Assembly (NCBI GenBank): GCA_963667725.2 | Contig: CAXXHO010000003.1 | Coordinates: 768,001-832,000, forward strand | Reading direction: 5' to 3' | DNA length: 64,000 nucleotides | DNA from: Treponemataceae bacterium | Lineage (GTDB): Bacteria > Spirochaetota > Spirochaetia > Treponematales > Rectinemataceae | In this document: positions 39,120 to 48,821 of the stretch, in pieces | How positions within the stretch are numbered: position 1 is the first letter of the stretch | How the letters are laid out: each line of letters begins with the position of its first letter | The notes under the pieces: generated by a model | Database searches by the model: none | Told to the model about the DNA's origin: nothing | The model's input: only the letters and a program-made list of their open reading frames with translations | Made by a program: the position numbers and the translations under genes

Positions 39120-39463
39120 AAATCGGACGCTTCTGGACCCTCATGATTCTGGCCGGTTTTTTTGCCTTGGGCATGGTCTGGCAGTCGAGCCGCTTCACCG
39201 ACCTTTCGGCCAAGGCTCGCCTTCTCGAAGAGGAACAGGAGAGCTGGATTGCCGAGAACCGAAAAATCGAGGCGGAAATCGCCCTTCTTTCGAGCAGGGA
39301 AAGAACGGAAGCCATGGCCAGCCGCATGGGACTCAAGAAAGCCCTGCCCGAGGAAAAATTGAGAATCCAGCTGACGCCGTCGGGAGAGAGTATCTCGCAG
39401 GCTCTGGGATCGGGAACATCTTTGAGCTCGGCCAAGAAGGCGGGGGACGGCGTTCATGACTGA
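39116..39463 (+). CDS. ftsL: cell division protein FtsL-like
   Basis: One TM helix + coiled coil + L.S.ER.E..A...G; follows rsmH. Confidence 0.75.
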   Translation: MKIGRFWTLMILAGFFALGMVWQSSRFTDLSAKARLLEEEQESWIAENRKIEAEIALLSSRERTEAMASRMGLKKALPEEKLRIQLTPSGESISQALGSGTSLSSAKKAGDGVHD

Positions 39464-40985
39464 TACCAGGGTCCTGTTTTCCGCTGGCGAAGCGGCCGGC
39501 ATGATCGGGGGCGCTTGTAGAGGCAATCTGGAAGCCCCAATCCTCGACGTGACCGCAGATTCCAGGAAAGCGGGGAAGGGCTCTCTCTTCGTAGCCCTGC
39601 CCGGCGAGAATTTCGATGGTCACGATTTCATCGCGGCGGCCCTGAGGCAGGGCGCTTCCTGCGTATTGGCCGCGCTGGACAAAAAAGAAAGCGCGATCGC
39701 CGCCGCCGAACTTGGCGCTGCCGAACTTGGCGCTGCCGAACTTGGCGAAGCGTGCCTGATCTTCGTGCAATCCCCCCTGGCAGGGCTCCAGGCCTTGGCT
39801 CGCGAGCATAGGCGGAGGATGAAGGGGCTTCTGCGCATCGGCATCACCGGTTCCTCGGGCAAGACGACCACCAAGGAATGTATCGGCGCCGCGCTTTTGC
39901 CGACCTATCCCGCCGGCAGCCTCATAATGAATGAAGGCAACCTCAATTCGGATATAGGCCTTGCCCTTTCGATGTTCGCCCTCAAGGCCTCCCACAAGGT
40001 GGGGGTTTTTGAAATGGGCATGAACAGGAAAGGAGAGATGGACGAACTCGCCTTGATTTACGAGCCGGACATCGCCGTAATAACGAATATCGGTACTGCG
40101 CATATCGGCATGATAGGCACGCGCCAGGGCATCGCCGATGAGAAGAAGAAAATTTTCTCCAGATTCAGCGGCTCGCAGTGCGGTTTCGTATGGGAAGACG
40201 ATCCCTACAAAAACTTCCTGAAGACCGACGTCTCGGGCCGGATTTCCGAATTCGGTTTCCGCTCGACGAAGGGGCTGGAAGAGGTCGAGAGCCTTGGCCT
40301 TCGAGGCTGGCGGCTTCGGTGGCTGGGTCAGGATTTTACCTTCTCGCTTCCGGGAGAACACAACCTGCTCAACGCATTGGCCGCGCTTTCGGTGGCCGCC
40401 GACTTGGAGCGCGATCCCGAACTGGTCGCTTCCGGGCTTGCCTCGGTAACGCCGCTTTTCGGCCGCTCGGAAATCTTCGAAGGCAGAATCTTCCTCGTGA
40501 GAGATTGCTACAACGCCAATCCCGAAAGCGTGGCAGCCGCCATAAGCCTCTGCGACTCGGTCGAATGCGAGGGCAAGAAGATTTACGTCCTGGGCTCGAT
40601 GCGCGAGTTGGGCGACACATCGGCCGACGAGCATGAGGCGATGGGCAGGAAGGCTGAATCCTCGGCCGCCGATGGTCTTTTCTTCTTCGGCGACGAAGCG
40701 AAGGCGAGCTACGAGGCGGCCTTGTCGGCAGCCAAACGCGGCCCCGCCGGAAGCCGTCCCGGAAGGATCATTTTTCACACAAGCGATATCGAGTCTTTAA
40801 AGAAATCCGTTCTGGATTACCTGAGGGAGGGCGATCTCGTCCTGGCCAAAGCATCCCGGGGCCTCGCGCTCGAGCGTTTCACTAAGGTCCTTTTCGATCA
40901 GGGCTGGGTCAGCGAGAGCGCTAAAGCCGAGGAGATAAACGGTATCAATCCAACCGCAACGAAGGGGGCCGCCCATGCTTCGTGA
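39456..40985 (+). CDS. murF: UDP-MurNAc-tripeptide--D-Ala-D-Ala ligase
   Basis: DSR, FDGHDF, ITGSSGKTTTK, EMGM, DCYNANP, KASRG. Confidence 0.95.
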   Translation: MTDTRVLFSAGEAAGMIGGACRGNLEAPILDVTADSRKAGKGSLFVALPGENFDGHDFIAAALRQGASCVLAALDKKESAIAAAELGAAELGAAELGEACLIFVQSPLAGLQALAREHRRRMKGLLRIGITGSSGKTTTKECIGAALLPTYPAGSLIMNEGNLNSDIGLALSMFALKASHKVGVFEMGMNRKGEMDELALIYEPDIAVITNIGTAHIGMIGTRQGIADEKKKIFSRFSGSQCGFVWEDDPYKNFLKTDVSGRISEFGFRSTKGLEEVESLGLRGWRLRWLGQDFTFSLPGEHNLLNALAALSVAADLERDPELVASGLASVTPLFGRSEIFEGRIFLVRDCYNANPESVAAAISLCDSVECEGKKIYVLGSMRELGDTSADEHEAMGRKAESSAADGLFFFGDEAKASYEAALSAAKRGPAGSRPGRIIFHTSDIESLKKSVLDYLREGDLVLAKASRGLALERFTKVLFDQGWVSESAKAEEINGINPTATKGAAHAS

Positions 40986-42057
40986 ACTACTGCTTCCGCT
41001 CGTTAAATACTTTTCTCCCTTCAATATTTTCCGTTACCTGACCTTCAGGTCGGCATACGCGGCACTGAGCGCCCTTCTCATCGTCTTTCTCTTTGGCCCC
41101 TTCGTTATCAGAAAACTGCGCGTTCTGAAGTTCGGACAATCGGTCAGGCTGGACGGACCCCAGAGCCATCTGGCGAAGACCGGCACCCCCACGATGGGCG
41201 GCATCCTCATAATCGCCGCCGTGGCGATTTCCGTCCTTCTCTGGCAGGATATCCGAAACCCCCTGACATGGATCGTCCTCTTCTCCCTCCTGGGATTCGG
41301 GGCGATAGGCTGCGCCGACGACTTGCTGAAGATTAAGAAACACAATTCGGACGGGCTCTCAGCGGTCCAGAAACTCTCTCTTCAGTTCCTGGTTTCCATG
41401 GTCGCCGCCGTAAGCCTCTATTCCATAGGCGGCGAGTATTCCACGAAAGTGTACCTGCCTTTCTTCAAGAACCACGTCCTCGACCTGGGCATCTTCTGGA
41501 TTCCCCTGGCCATGATCTATGTCACCGCCTGGTCGAACGCCGTGAATATCACCGACGGTCTCGATGGGCTCGCCACGGGCCTTGTCATAATGGCTGTGAT
41601 CGCCTTTTCCATACTGACCTATGTGAGCGGACGAGCCGACTGGGCTGCCTACCTCGGCATTCCCTACGTCAAAGGTGCCGGCGAGCTGACCGTCTTCAAC
41701 TTGGCCCTCTTGGGCGCCTGTACGGGCTTTCTCTGGTTCAATTCCCATCCCGCCGAGGTATTCATGGGCGACGCTGGCTCTCTCGCTCTCGGAGGCGTTC
41801 TTGGCGTCCTTTCCCTTATCGTGAAAAAGGAAATTCTCCTTCTTCTCATCGGCGGCGTTTTCGTGATGGAACTCGGCTCGGTGATGCTCCAGGTGCTCTA
41901 TTTCAAGGCTACGAAGGGGGAAAGGCTTTTCCGCATGGCTCCGCTCCATCATCACTTTGAGCTCTCGGGTCAGAAGGAAACCAAGGTTGTCGTCCGTTTC
42001 TGGATAATGGGCGGCATGTTCGCGCTGCTGGCGCTTTCGACGCTGAAGATTCAGTAG
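40975..42057 (+). CDS. mraY: phospho-MurNAc-pentapeptide transferase
   Basis: K.GTPTMGG, NAVNITDGLDGL, FMGDAGS, MAPLHHHFE. Confidence 0.98.
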   Translation: MLRELLLPLVKYFSPFNIFRYLTFRSAYAALSALLIVFLFGPFVIRKLRVLKFGQSVRLDGPQSHLAKTGTPTMGGILIIAAVAISVLLWQDIRNPLTWIVLFSLLGFGAIGCADDLLKIKKHNSDGLSAVQKLSLQFLVSMVAAVSLYSIGGEYSTKVYLPFFKNHVLDLGIFWIPLAMIYVTAWSNAVNITDGLDGLATGLVIMAVIAFSILTYVSGRADWAAYLGIPYVKGAGELTVFNLALLGACTGFLWFNSHPAEVFMGDAGSLALGGVLGVLSLIVKKEILLLLIGGVFVMELGSVMLQVLYFKATKGERLFRMAPLHHHFELSGQKETKVVVRFWIMGGMFALLALSTLKIQ

Positions 42058-42060
42058 GCG

Positions 42061-43245
42061 ATGGTGATGAAACTTCTGCGTGAATTGGCGGCCGAGGGCC
42101 GGACACTGCGCCATCCCGAGGCGAAGTTTGCTGGCGCCTTCATGGCCCTGGCGGTTATAGGCTTCATCGCGATGTGGTCGGCCTCTTCCGGCTACGGCGT
42201 CAAGATGGAGAGGGGAGCCAGTTACTTCGCGATACGGCAGGCGATTTTCCTCCTCCCCGCCGTTTTCATCTTCATCGCGGCTTCCGTCATTCCTCTGGAC
42301 AAGTTCAGGAACCTGGCGGGATTGTTCGCCATGGCCTCCCTCGTCTCGCTGGTTCTGCCTTTCCTGCCCGGCATCGGCGTCGAGATAAACGGCGGCCGGC
42401 GCTGGATCAATCTCATAGTCACGAATTTCCAGCCTTCCGAACTCTGGAAGCCCATCAGCATTTTCTATGCCGCGCATATTCTCGACAAGAAGAATCAAAC
42501 CATCAGGAACACGGCGGGCGAGGCGATTTTCCCCTTCCTCGTCATCGTCCTCGGCTGCGTCATCGTTTTTCTCCAGGACGATTTTTCCACATCCATGCTG
42601 GCATTGGCGGCTGCCCTCTCCGTATTCTGGTTCGCGAGCACGCCGATGAGATTCTTCCTGGGTACCCTCGTCTTGGCGATACCCGCGGTCTTTCTCATGA
42701 TCACCTCCTCCGAATATCGCCTCACCCGCGTATTGGGTTTCATAATCCCCGACTACGATCCCCATGGAATGAACTATCAGGTGCAGAATTCCATACGCGC
42801 CATAATGTCGGGCGGTCTTTGGGGCAAGGGGCTGGGGCTCGGCACGAGAAAACTCACCTCCATTCCCGAAATACAGTCCGACTTCGTCTTCGCGGCCTTT
42901 GCCGAAGAGATGGGACTCATCGGCGTGGCCGCTGTCTTCGCCTGCTGGATTTTCCTCGTCGTCGCGGTGATCCGCGCAGCCAGGAACATGGAAGGTTTCC
43001 GTTATCTTCTCGCGATGGGTATGCTCTGTCTCCTTTCGATGCAGTTTCTCATCAACCTGGGTGTCGTGTCCGGCTTCCTTCCGGCCACGGGCATCGCGCT
43101 TCCCTTTTTCTCGGCAGGCGGATCTTCCCTCTTTTCCACGGCCTTGGCCGGGGGGTTGATTCTCAACGCGCTCAAGGATACCGGCTTCTCGGCAGTATCC
43201 CCGTCAGGTTCGGCGCAGAATTCTGGAGGAAACGGCAATGGCTGA
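42061..43245 (+). CDS. ftsW: SEDS peptidoglycan polymerase FtsW
   Basis: NG.RRWI, QPSE..K, G.GLG, PE..SDF.F, P.TG..LPF.S.GGSS. Confidence 0.92.
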   Translation: MVMKLLRELAAEGRTLRHPEAKFAGAFMALAVIGFIAMWSASSGYGVKMERGASYFAIRQAIFLLPAVFIFIAASVIPLDKFRNLAGLFAMASLVSLVLPFLPGIGVEINGGRRWINLIVTNFQPSELWKPISIFYAAHILDKKNQTIRNTAGEAIFPFLVIVLGCVIVFLQDDFSTSMLALAAALSVFWFASTPMRFFLGTLVLAIPAVFLMITSSEYRLTRVLGFIIPDYDPHGMNYQVQNSIRAIMSGGLWGKGLGLGTRKLTSIPEIQSDFVFAAFAEEMGLIGVAAVFACWIFLVVAVIRAARNMEGFRYLLAMGMLCLLSMQFLINLGVVSGFLPATGIALPFFSAGGSSLFSTALAGGLILNALKDTGFSAVSPSGSAQNSGGNGNG

Positions 43246-44410
43246 ACTCTTGTCCTTAGCGAAGTCGAAAACGGGCGCGACCCGCCAGGCGCCGGCCGCC
43301 CAACAGGCGAGCTTGAAGAGCAAAGGAACGGCTGAAATCGCCAAAAGCCCTAAAAGCCACGAAGGTTTGTCATATCTGGAACGGAGCACGGCTCGCCGGG
43401 AGACGGGACTCGCCGGCGCCTCCGGAACATCGCCTCATCCCGGTTTGAAGAGTTTCGCGCCTTCCCAGCCCAGGAAAGACAGAGGGCAGGAAGTAGTAGA
43501 CCGGAGCGCTCGCGGCTTCCAGACTGAGACCCCCGAACCCACGCGCTCGAAGCAGAAACCGAAGAGGCTCTATGATCAGAAGGCGGCTTCGATAGCCAAA
43601 ACGATCTCCGCCAGGGAACGTCAAGCTGAGAAAAGCAGAGAAGGCCAGCGGAGCGATAACGCCAAGCTGATCGTCGCCTTCATCCTCCTGATCGCGCTGG
43701 GGCTAGGGCTCTACTTTTCCGTTCCGGAAGTCACGAGGGTGAACAAGGTGTCGGTGAACGGGATGCTGAACACCACCGAAAAGGAAATCACCGACGCTCT
43801 CCTTCTTACCGCCGACATCAATCTCGTCAACGCCGACGTGCCCGCCATGGAAGGGCGTATACTCGCCAATCCCAAGATAGCCGCCGTGAATGTTAAGCGC
43901 TCCTTCCCCGATCAGCTCGTCGTCGACCTCGTGGAGAGGCAGGCGGTCGCCTGTGTCCTCGTCAACGAGGAAATCGGCACGAAATCCATTGCCATAGACC
44001 GGGAGGGCATAGCGTTTGCCTATATGGATTCCATCGCCGCCACGACCAAGCTTCCGGTTCTTTCGGGTATTCGCTTCGAGCGTTTCGTGCCCGGACAGAA
44101 GCTTCCGGAATTCCTGCGGCCTCTGCTGCGCGACATCGCCGAGATTTCGAAGGAAAATCCTTCGCCGCTCGAGGCTTTCTCAGAGATCAAGATCGAAAAG
44201 ATTTCCGATTCCGAAGCGGAACTTCTCCTGTTCCCTTCCGGAAAATCGGTTCCTATACGAATGCCTTCCAGACTGACGAGTAAAAATCTCGGATCGGCGC
44301 TGCTGGTCCTGGACATTCTGGCCAGCAGACAGGGCGCGGAGAAGATCGAAGAGATCGATTTCCGCACGGGTACCATCGTATATAGGACAAAGGAGGCACA
44401 AACTGGCTGA
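43238..44410 (+). CDS. ftsQ: FtsQ/DivIB with long N-terminal extension
   Basis: One TM helix, POTRA (V.RSFPD.L...L.ER), C-terminal IDFR; between ftsW and ftsA. Confidence 0.82.
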   Translation: MAELLSLAKSKTGATRQAPAAQQASLKSKGTAEIAKSPKSHEGLSYLERSTARRETGLAGASGTSPHPGLKSFAPSQPRKDRGQEVVDRSARGFQTETPEPTRSKQKPKRLYDQKAASIAKTISARERQAEKSREGQRSDNAKLIVAFILLIALGLGLYFSVPEVTRVNKVSVNGMLNTTEKEITDALLLTADINLVNADVPAMEGRILANPKIAAVNVKRSFPDQLVVDLVERQAVACVLVNEEIGTKSIAIDREGIAFAYMDSIAATTKLPVLSGIRFERFVPGQKLPEFLRPLLRDIAEISKENPSPLEAFSEIKIEKISDSEAELLLFPSGKSVPIRMPSRLTSKNLGSALLVLDILASRQGAEKIEEIDFRTGTIVYRTKEAQTG

Positions 44411-45650
44411 CACCTTCATTGTCGGTCTCGATATCGGCACCACTTCAACAAGGGCTGTAGTCGGGGATTTCAACGAAGAGGATCAACTCGAAATCATCGG
44501 CGTGGGCGTCGCTCCGTCGACCGGCCTGCGGAGAGGAGTCGTGCTCAACATAGAGGCGACCCTATCCTCGGTAACCTCGGCCATAGAATCGGCCGAGCTC
44601 ATGTCGGGGCGGGAAATCCATTCCTGCGTTCTGGGCATATCAGGGGCCAACATCGAGAGTCTCAACTCCAAAGGCGTGGTGGCCGTTGCGGGCAAGGGTC
44701 GCGAAATTACCGCCGACGACATAGCGCGGGTGCATGAGGCTGCCCAGGCGGTTTCCATCCCCATGGACAGGGAAATCCTCCATGTGGTGCCCCAGACCTA
44801 TACCGTGGACGCGCAGCGCGGCATCCGCGACCCCCTGCACATGATGGGGGTGCGGCTCGAATCGGAAGTGCACATCATCACGAGTTCGGTGACGACGACC
44901 CAGAATATGGTCAAATGCGTGAATCGCGCCGGATACAAGACCGATCACCGCATTCTCGGCAGCCTGGCCGCCGCGCGATCGGTGCTTTCCGACGACGAGC
45001 GCGATCTCGGCTGTCTCCTGATGGATATCGGCGGCGGAACGACGGATCTCATGGTGTTCCGCGACGGCGAGCCATGGTACACCTCGGCCGTTCCCGCGGG
45101 CGGCATGCAGGTCACCAACGACATTTCGATAATGTTGAGCGTTCTCATGGACTCGGCCGAGCGCCTGAAGCGCGAAGCCGCCTCCTGCTGGCTCGAATCC
45201 ATCGACCCCGACGAGCTCATCGTGGTGCCGGGCATCGGCGGAAGGGAGCCTACGGAGATACCGCGGAGAAAGCTCTGCGCCATCGTCCAGCCTCGCATGG
45301 AAGAAATTTTTCTCATGGCCAAGGAAAAGCTGGACAAGGCAGGTTTCCTCAAGGATATCAAGGCGGGCATCGTCCTCACCGGAGGCTCTGCCCTGATGGC
45401 GGGAACCAAGGAGCTGGCCGAATCCGTGTTCCAGGTGCCCGTGCATCTGGGGACGCCGCCTTCCATTGGCGGCCTGGAAAACGAGTACAGGAATCCCATG
45501 TTCGCGACGGCCGTAGGGCTTGTGCTCATCGAAGCCGACAACCAGCTCGCCATGAATCCTTCGCGCGGGCAATCGGCGGCGCATAAGGAAAAATCCAGGG
45601 CATCCAGTCTGGGGAAAATAGTCACGTGGCTCAAGGATAAATTCATCTGA
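44403..45650 (+). CDS. ftsA: cell division protein FtsA (probable CTG start)
   Basis: IVGLDIGTT lies upstream of the first canonical start; DIGGGTTD, VLTGGS; SD AAGGAGG before CTG 44403. Confidence 0.96.
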   Translation: MADTFIVGLDIGTTSTRAVVGDFNEEDQLEIIGVGVAPSTGLRRGVVLNIEATLSSVTSAIESAELMSGREIHSCVLGISGANIESLNSKGVVAVAGKGREITADDIARVHEAAQAVSIPMDREILHVVPQTYTVDAQRGIRDPLHMMGVRLESEVHIITSSVTTTQNMVKCVNRAGYKTDHRILGSLAAARSVLSDDERDLGCLLMDIGGGTTDLMVFRDGEPWYTSAVPAGGMQVTNDISIMLSVLMDSAERLKREAASCWLESIDPDELIVVPGIGGREPTEIPRRKLCAIVQPRMEEIFLMAKEKLDKAGFLKDIKAGIVLTGGSALMAGTKELAESVFQVPVHLGTPPSIGGLENEYRNPMFATAVGLVLIEADNQLAMNPSRGQSAAHKEKSRASSLGKIVTWLKDKFI

Positions 45651-45653
45651 TCA

Positions 45654-46877
45654 ATGGAGGGAAAAATGGCTATAGAAATTATCGATGACGACAGTTCGGT
45701 CAATCCGACCGTGATTAAAGTAATTGGCTCGGGCGGCGGCGGCTCCAACGCGGTGAACAGAATGATAGCGGGCGGGCTCAAGAACGTGCAGTTCATTTCT
45801 GTGAACACCGACCTCCAGGATCTGGGCCGCTCCAAGGCCGAGATCAAGCTCGGCATCGGGACGAAGCTCACGAAAGGCCTCGGCGCCGGCGGAAAACCCG
45901 AGATCGGCGAAAAGGCTGCCATGGAAGACAGGGAGATGATCGAGCAGGCTCTGCGCGGCTCCGACATGGTCTTCGTCACCTCGGGCCTGGGTGGCGGCAC
46001 CGGCACCGGCTCGGCCCCCATCATCGCCCAGACGGCGAGGGACATGGGCGCCCTGACCGTGGCCGTCGTGACGAAACCCTTCGCTTTCGAGGGCAAGGTC
46101 GTCGGCCGCATCGCCGAAGAAGGCCTCGAGAAACTTCGCCAGGCCGTCGACACGGTCATCGTCATACCCAACCAGAACCTTCTGAAGGTCGTGGACAAGC
46201 GAACGCCCATCAAGCAGGCCTTCCTCCTGGCCGACGAAGTGCTGAGGCAGGGCGTGCAGGGCATCTCCGATCTCATCACCCTGGCCGGCGACATCAACAT
46301 CGACTTCGCCGACGTCCGCACCGTTATGCAGGGACAAGGCGACGCCATCATGGGCATAGGAATCGGCACGGGCGAGAATCGCGCCACCGACGCGGCCAGC
46401 AAGGCTGTGAACAACCCCCTTCTCGAGGACGCCAGGATCGAGGGAGCCAGGAACGTGCTCGTCAACGTCACCGGCGGCGAGGATTTCTCCCTCGTCGAAT
46501 ACCAGGAAATCGTCGACTTCATCACGGAAAAGGCAGCCGAAGAGGCTCATATCATCGCCGGTTTCGTCACCGATCCCATGATCGACGACGAGGTCAGGGT
46601 GACGGTCATCGCCACGGGATTCGGACCGCGGCGCGCCGATCCCAAGGAAATCGAGGCCCAGAAGGCCATCCTGAGAGCCAGGACGGAAATCCGCAAACCC
46701 TCCAGCGACTACGTTTCACCCGAGGATTATGTCCTCATGACCCAGACCATCCAGAGTTCCGGTAAGGGCTTCGGCTTCGAGAACGCCGCCGACGGCGACG
46801 AACTCGACATTCCCACCATCCTGCGCGACAAGAAATTCGGCGCGGAAAAAGCCGAGAGAATGGGAGTGAGAGCGTGA
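45654..46877 (+). CDS. ftsZ: cell division protein FtsZ
   Basis: [29 protein letters not shown]; start may be 45666. Confidence 0.99.
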   Translation: MEGKMAIEIIDDDSSVNPTVIKVIGSGGGGSNAVNRMIAGGLKNVQFISVNTDLQDLGRSKAEIKLGIGTKLTKGLGAGGKPEIGEKAAMEDREMIEQALRGSDMVFVTSGLGGGTGTGSAPIIAQTARDMGALTVAVVTKPFAFEGKVVGRIAEEGLEKLRQAVDTVIVIPNQNLLKVVDKRTPIKQAFLLADEVLRQGVQGISDLITLAGDINIDFADVRTVMQGQGDAIMGIGIGTGENRATDAASKAVNNPLLEDARIEGARNVLVNVTGGEDFSLVEYQEIVDFITEKAAEEAHIIAGFVTDPMIDDEVRVTVIATGFGPRRADPKEIEAQKAILRARTEIRKPSSDYVSPEDYVLMTQTIQSSGKGFGFENAADGDELDIPTILRDKKFGAEKAERMGVRA

Positions 46878-47752
46878 CCCAGCTGGGGGCTCGTTTCAGG
46901 GCTCATCTTCTGCTCGTACGCAAGCGCTCGGCGCTCACCGCCGAAGCCTACCTCCGGGAACTGGACAATCTGGAGGCATATCTTGCGGGGCAGGGGAAGG
47001 AGCCTTTGACGGCCACCGGCGAGGATCTGCTCTGCTTCCTGGTATGGAGGCATGAAAAAGGGCTCTCAAGGACGACCATGGCCAGGATCGTGGCCAGCGT
47101 CCACTCGATCTACAAGTTCATGAAGCTCGAGGGGCTTCGCGGCGACGATCCCTCGCTGCTCATTAGGACGCCGAGACAGGAACGAGTCCTGCCCGACGTT
47201 CTCCAGCCCGAGGAAGTGGACAAATTCCTCGCGAGCATCGATCTTTCGACGCCCAACGGCATCAGGGACAGGGCTCTTTTCGAGCTCATCTATTCCTGCG
47301 GGTTGAGGATTTCAGAGGCTTCGAACCTGTCTTTCGACAGGCTCTTCCTGAAGGAAAGGCTCCTGCGCGTCCTCGGGAAAAGGAAGAAGGAGAGGATAGT
47401 GCCCTTCGGCGACGAGGCTCATTACTGGCTGGAAAAATATATAAAAGAAGCCAGGCCTCATCTGGAGAAGCGAAAGAAATCCAACCTCGTTTTCCTCAAT
47501 CAGGAGGGCGAAGGCATATCGAGAAAAGGCATCTGGAAAAGGTTTTCGGGGATCAGGGCAGTCTCGGGCGTCTCGGCGAAGGTCCACACCTTCAGGCACA
47601 GCTTCGCGACTCACCTTCTGGCCGGCGGCGCCGACCTGAGAACGGTGCAGGAGCTTCTGGGCCACTCAGACATTTCCACGACCCAGATTTATACGCATAT
47701 CGAGGAGGAAGCGCTTCAGGGCTATCACAAGGAGTATTTTCCAAGAAACTGA
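46874..47752 (+). CDS. xerD: tyrosine recombinase (XerD-like)
   Basis: [45 protein letters not shown]. Confidence 0.85.
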   Translation: MTQLGARFRAHLLLVRKRSALTAEAYLRELDNLEAYLAGQGKEPLTATGEDLLCFLVWRHEKGLSRTTMARIVASVHSIYKFMKLEGLRGDDPSLLIRTPRQERVLPDVLQPEEVDKFLASIDLSTPNGIRDRALFELIYSCGLRISEASNLSFDRLFLKERLLRVLGKRKKERIVPFGDEAHYWLEKYIKEARPHLEKRKKSNLVFLNQEGEGISRKGIWKRFSGIRAVSGVSAKVHTFRHSFATHLLAGGADLRTVQELLGHSDISTTQIYTHIEEEALQGYHKEYFPRN

Positions 47753-47808
47753 GAGGCGGATGGAAGCGTGAATGCCATCGGGCGGCGTTTATGGATAGGA
47801 GGATGAGG

Positions 47809-48816
47809 ATGAAAAGGGCAAACCTGGGATATCCGCAGAGACTCTCCCTATTCCACGCGATGTTCGATGACGAAGTGGAGGGAATGCTGGGCACGGACAT
47901 CATGGATCCGCTCCTCGCGCTCGCCGTCGCTAGAATGGATTTCCTGAGGAGTCATGAAAAGCTCCTGGTGGCCGCCGCCGCGGGTTCGCGCGAGGGACTG
48001 TTGTCGATGAGGGCGGGCGATGTCCAGTCCATCGCCATGCGATCGCTGAAGCTTGAATGCTGGAAGCCTGTTTTGTTTTGGGAAAAGGCGCTGAGGGACA
48101 GGGATTTTTTCGCGCCGAGGGGCATCCGTTTCGTGGCTATCGGCGATTCCGCCTATCCGCCCCAGCTGAGGGAAGTCTACAGGCCGCCTTTCGGCCTTTA
48201 TCTGAGGGGAAGACTTCCCGATCCGGAAATCCCCGCGGTGGGAATCGTGGGAACGAGAGTACCGACGGGGAATGGGCTGCATGCAGCCTATGGGCTCGCG
48301 GCGGATTTATCGGCGAATGGGGTCTGCGTGGTATCCGGTCTGGCGAGAGGGATCGACGCCGCGGCCCATCGCGGTGCGCTGAAGGGTCGCGGAAAAACGG
48401 TCGCGGTGCTTCCGGGCGGCATCGAGGCGATCTATCCGGCTTCGAACAAGGCGCTGGCCTCGGCCATCCTGGATTCGGGCGGGGGCATCGTCACGGAATA
48501 TCCTCCCGGCACGGAGATACAGCGCTACCGCTTCCCCGAGCGGAACAGGATCATCGCGGGAATGTCGCGGTCTTGCGTCGTCGTGGAGGCGCCGGGAAAT
48601 TCGGGCGCCCTGATCACCGCAGACCATGCGTTGACCGAGGGACGCGACGTATTCGTGCACGGCGCCTGCGTGGGCGGCACGCGCAACGCCGGCGGGGACG
48701 CTTTGGCTTCCCAAGGCGCCGTAATTGTGAATAATGCTGAAGACGTTTTTCTGGAATGGTCGGCGAGCGGACGCGGATTGACGGCGCGGCGACAACACGA
48801 GCGTGTAGGAGACTGA
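47809..48816 (+). CDS. dprA: DNA-processing protein DprA
   Basis: YP..L, IVGTR, VSGLARGID..AH, FPERNRIIAG, SGALITA; AGGAGG before 47809. Confidence 0.94.
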   Translation: MKRANLGYPQRLSLFHAMFDDEVEGMLGTDIMDPLLALAVARMDFLRSHEKLLVAAAAGSREGLLSMRAGDVQSIAMRSLKLECWKPVLFWEKALRDRDFFAPRGIRFVAIGDSAYPPQLREVYRPPFGLYLRGRLPDPEIPAVGIVGTRVPTGNGLHAAYGLAADLSANGVCVVSGLARGIDAAAHRGALKGRGKTVAVLPGGIEAIYPASNKALASAILDSGGGIVTEYPPGTEIQRYRFPERNRIIAGMSRSCVVVEAPGNSGALITADHALTEGRDVFVHGACVGGTRNAGGDALASQGAVIVNNAEDVFLEWSASGRGLTARRQHERVGD

Positions 48817-48821
48817 AAATT

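Noticed and set aside
44945..46525. 526-aa ORF antisense to ftsA/ftsZ, and similar long ORFs opposite mraY, murF, hslU and murG
   Set aside because: Shadow ORFs without recognisable domains
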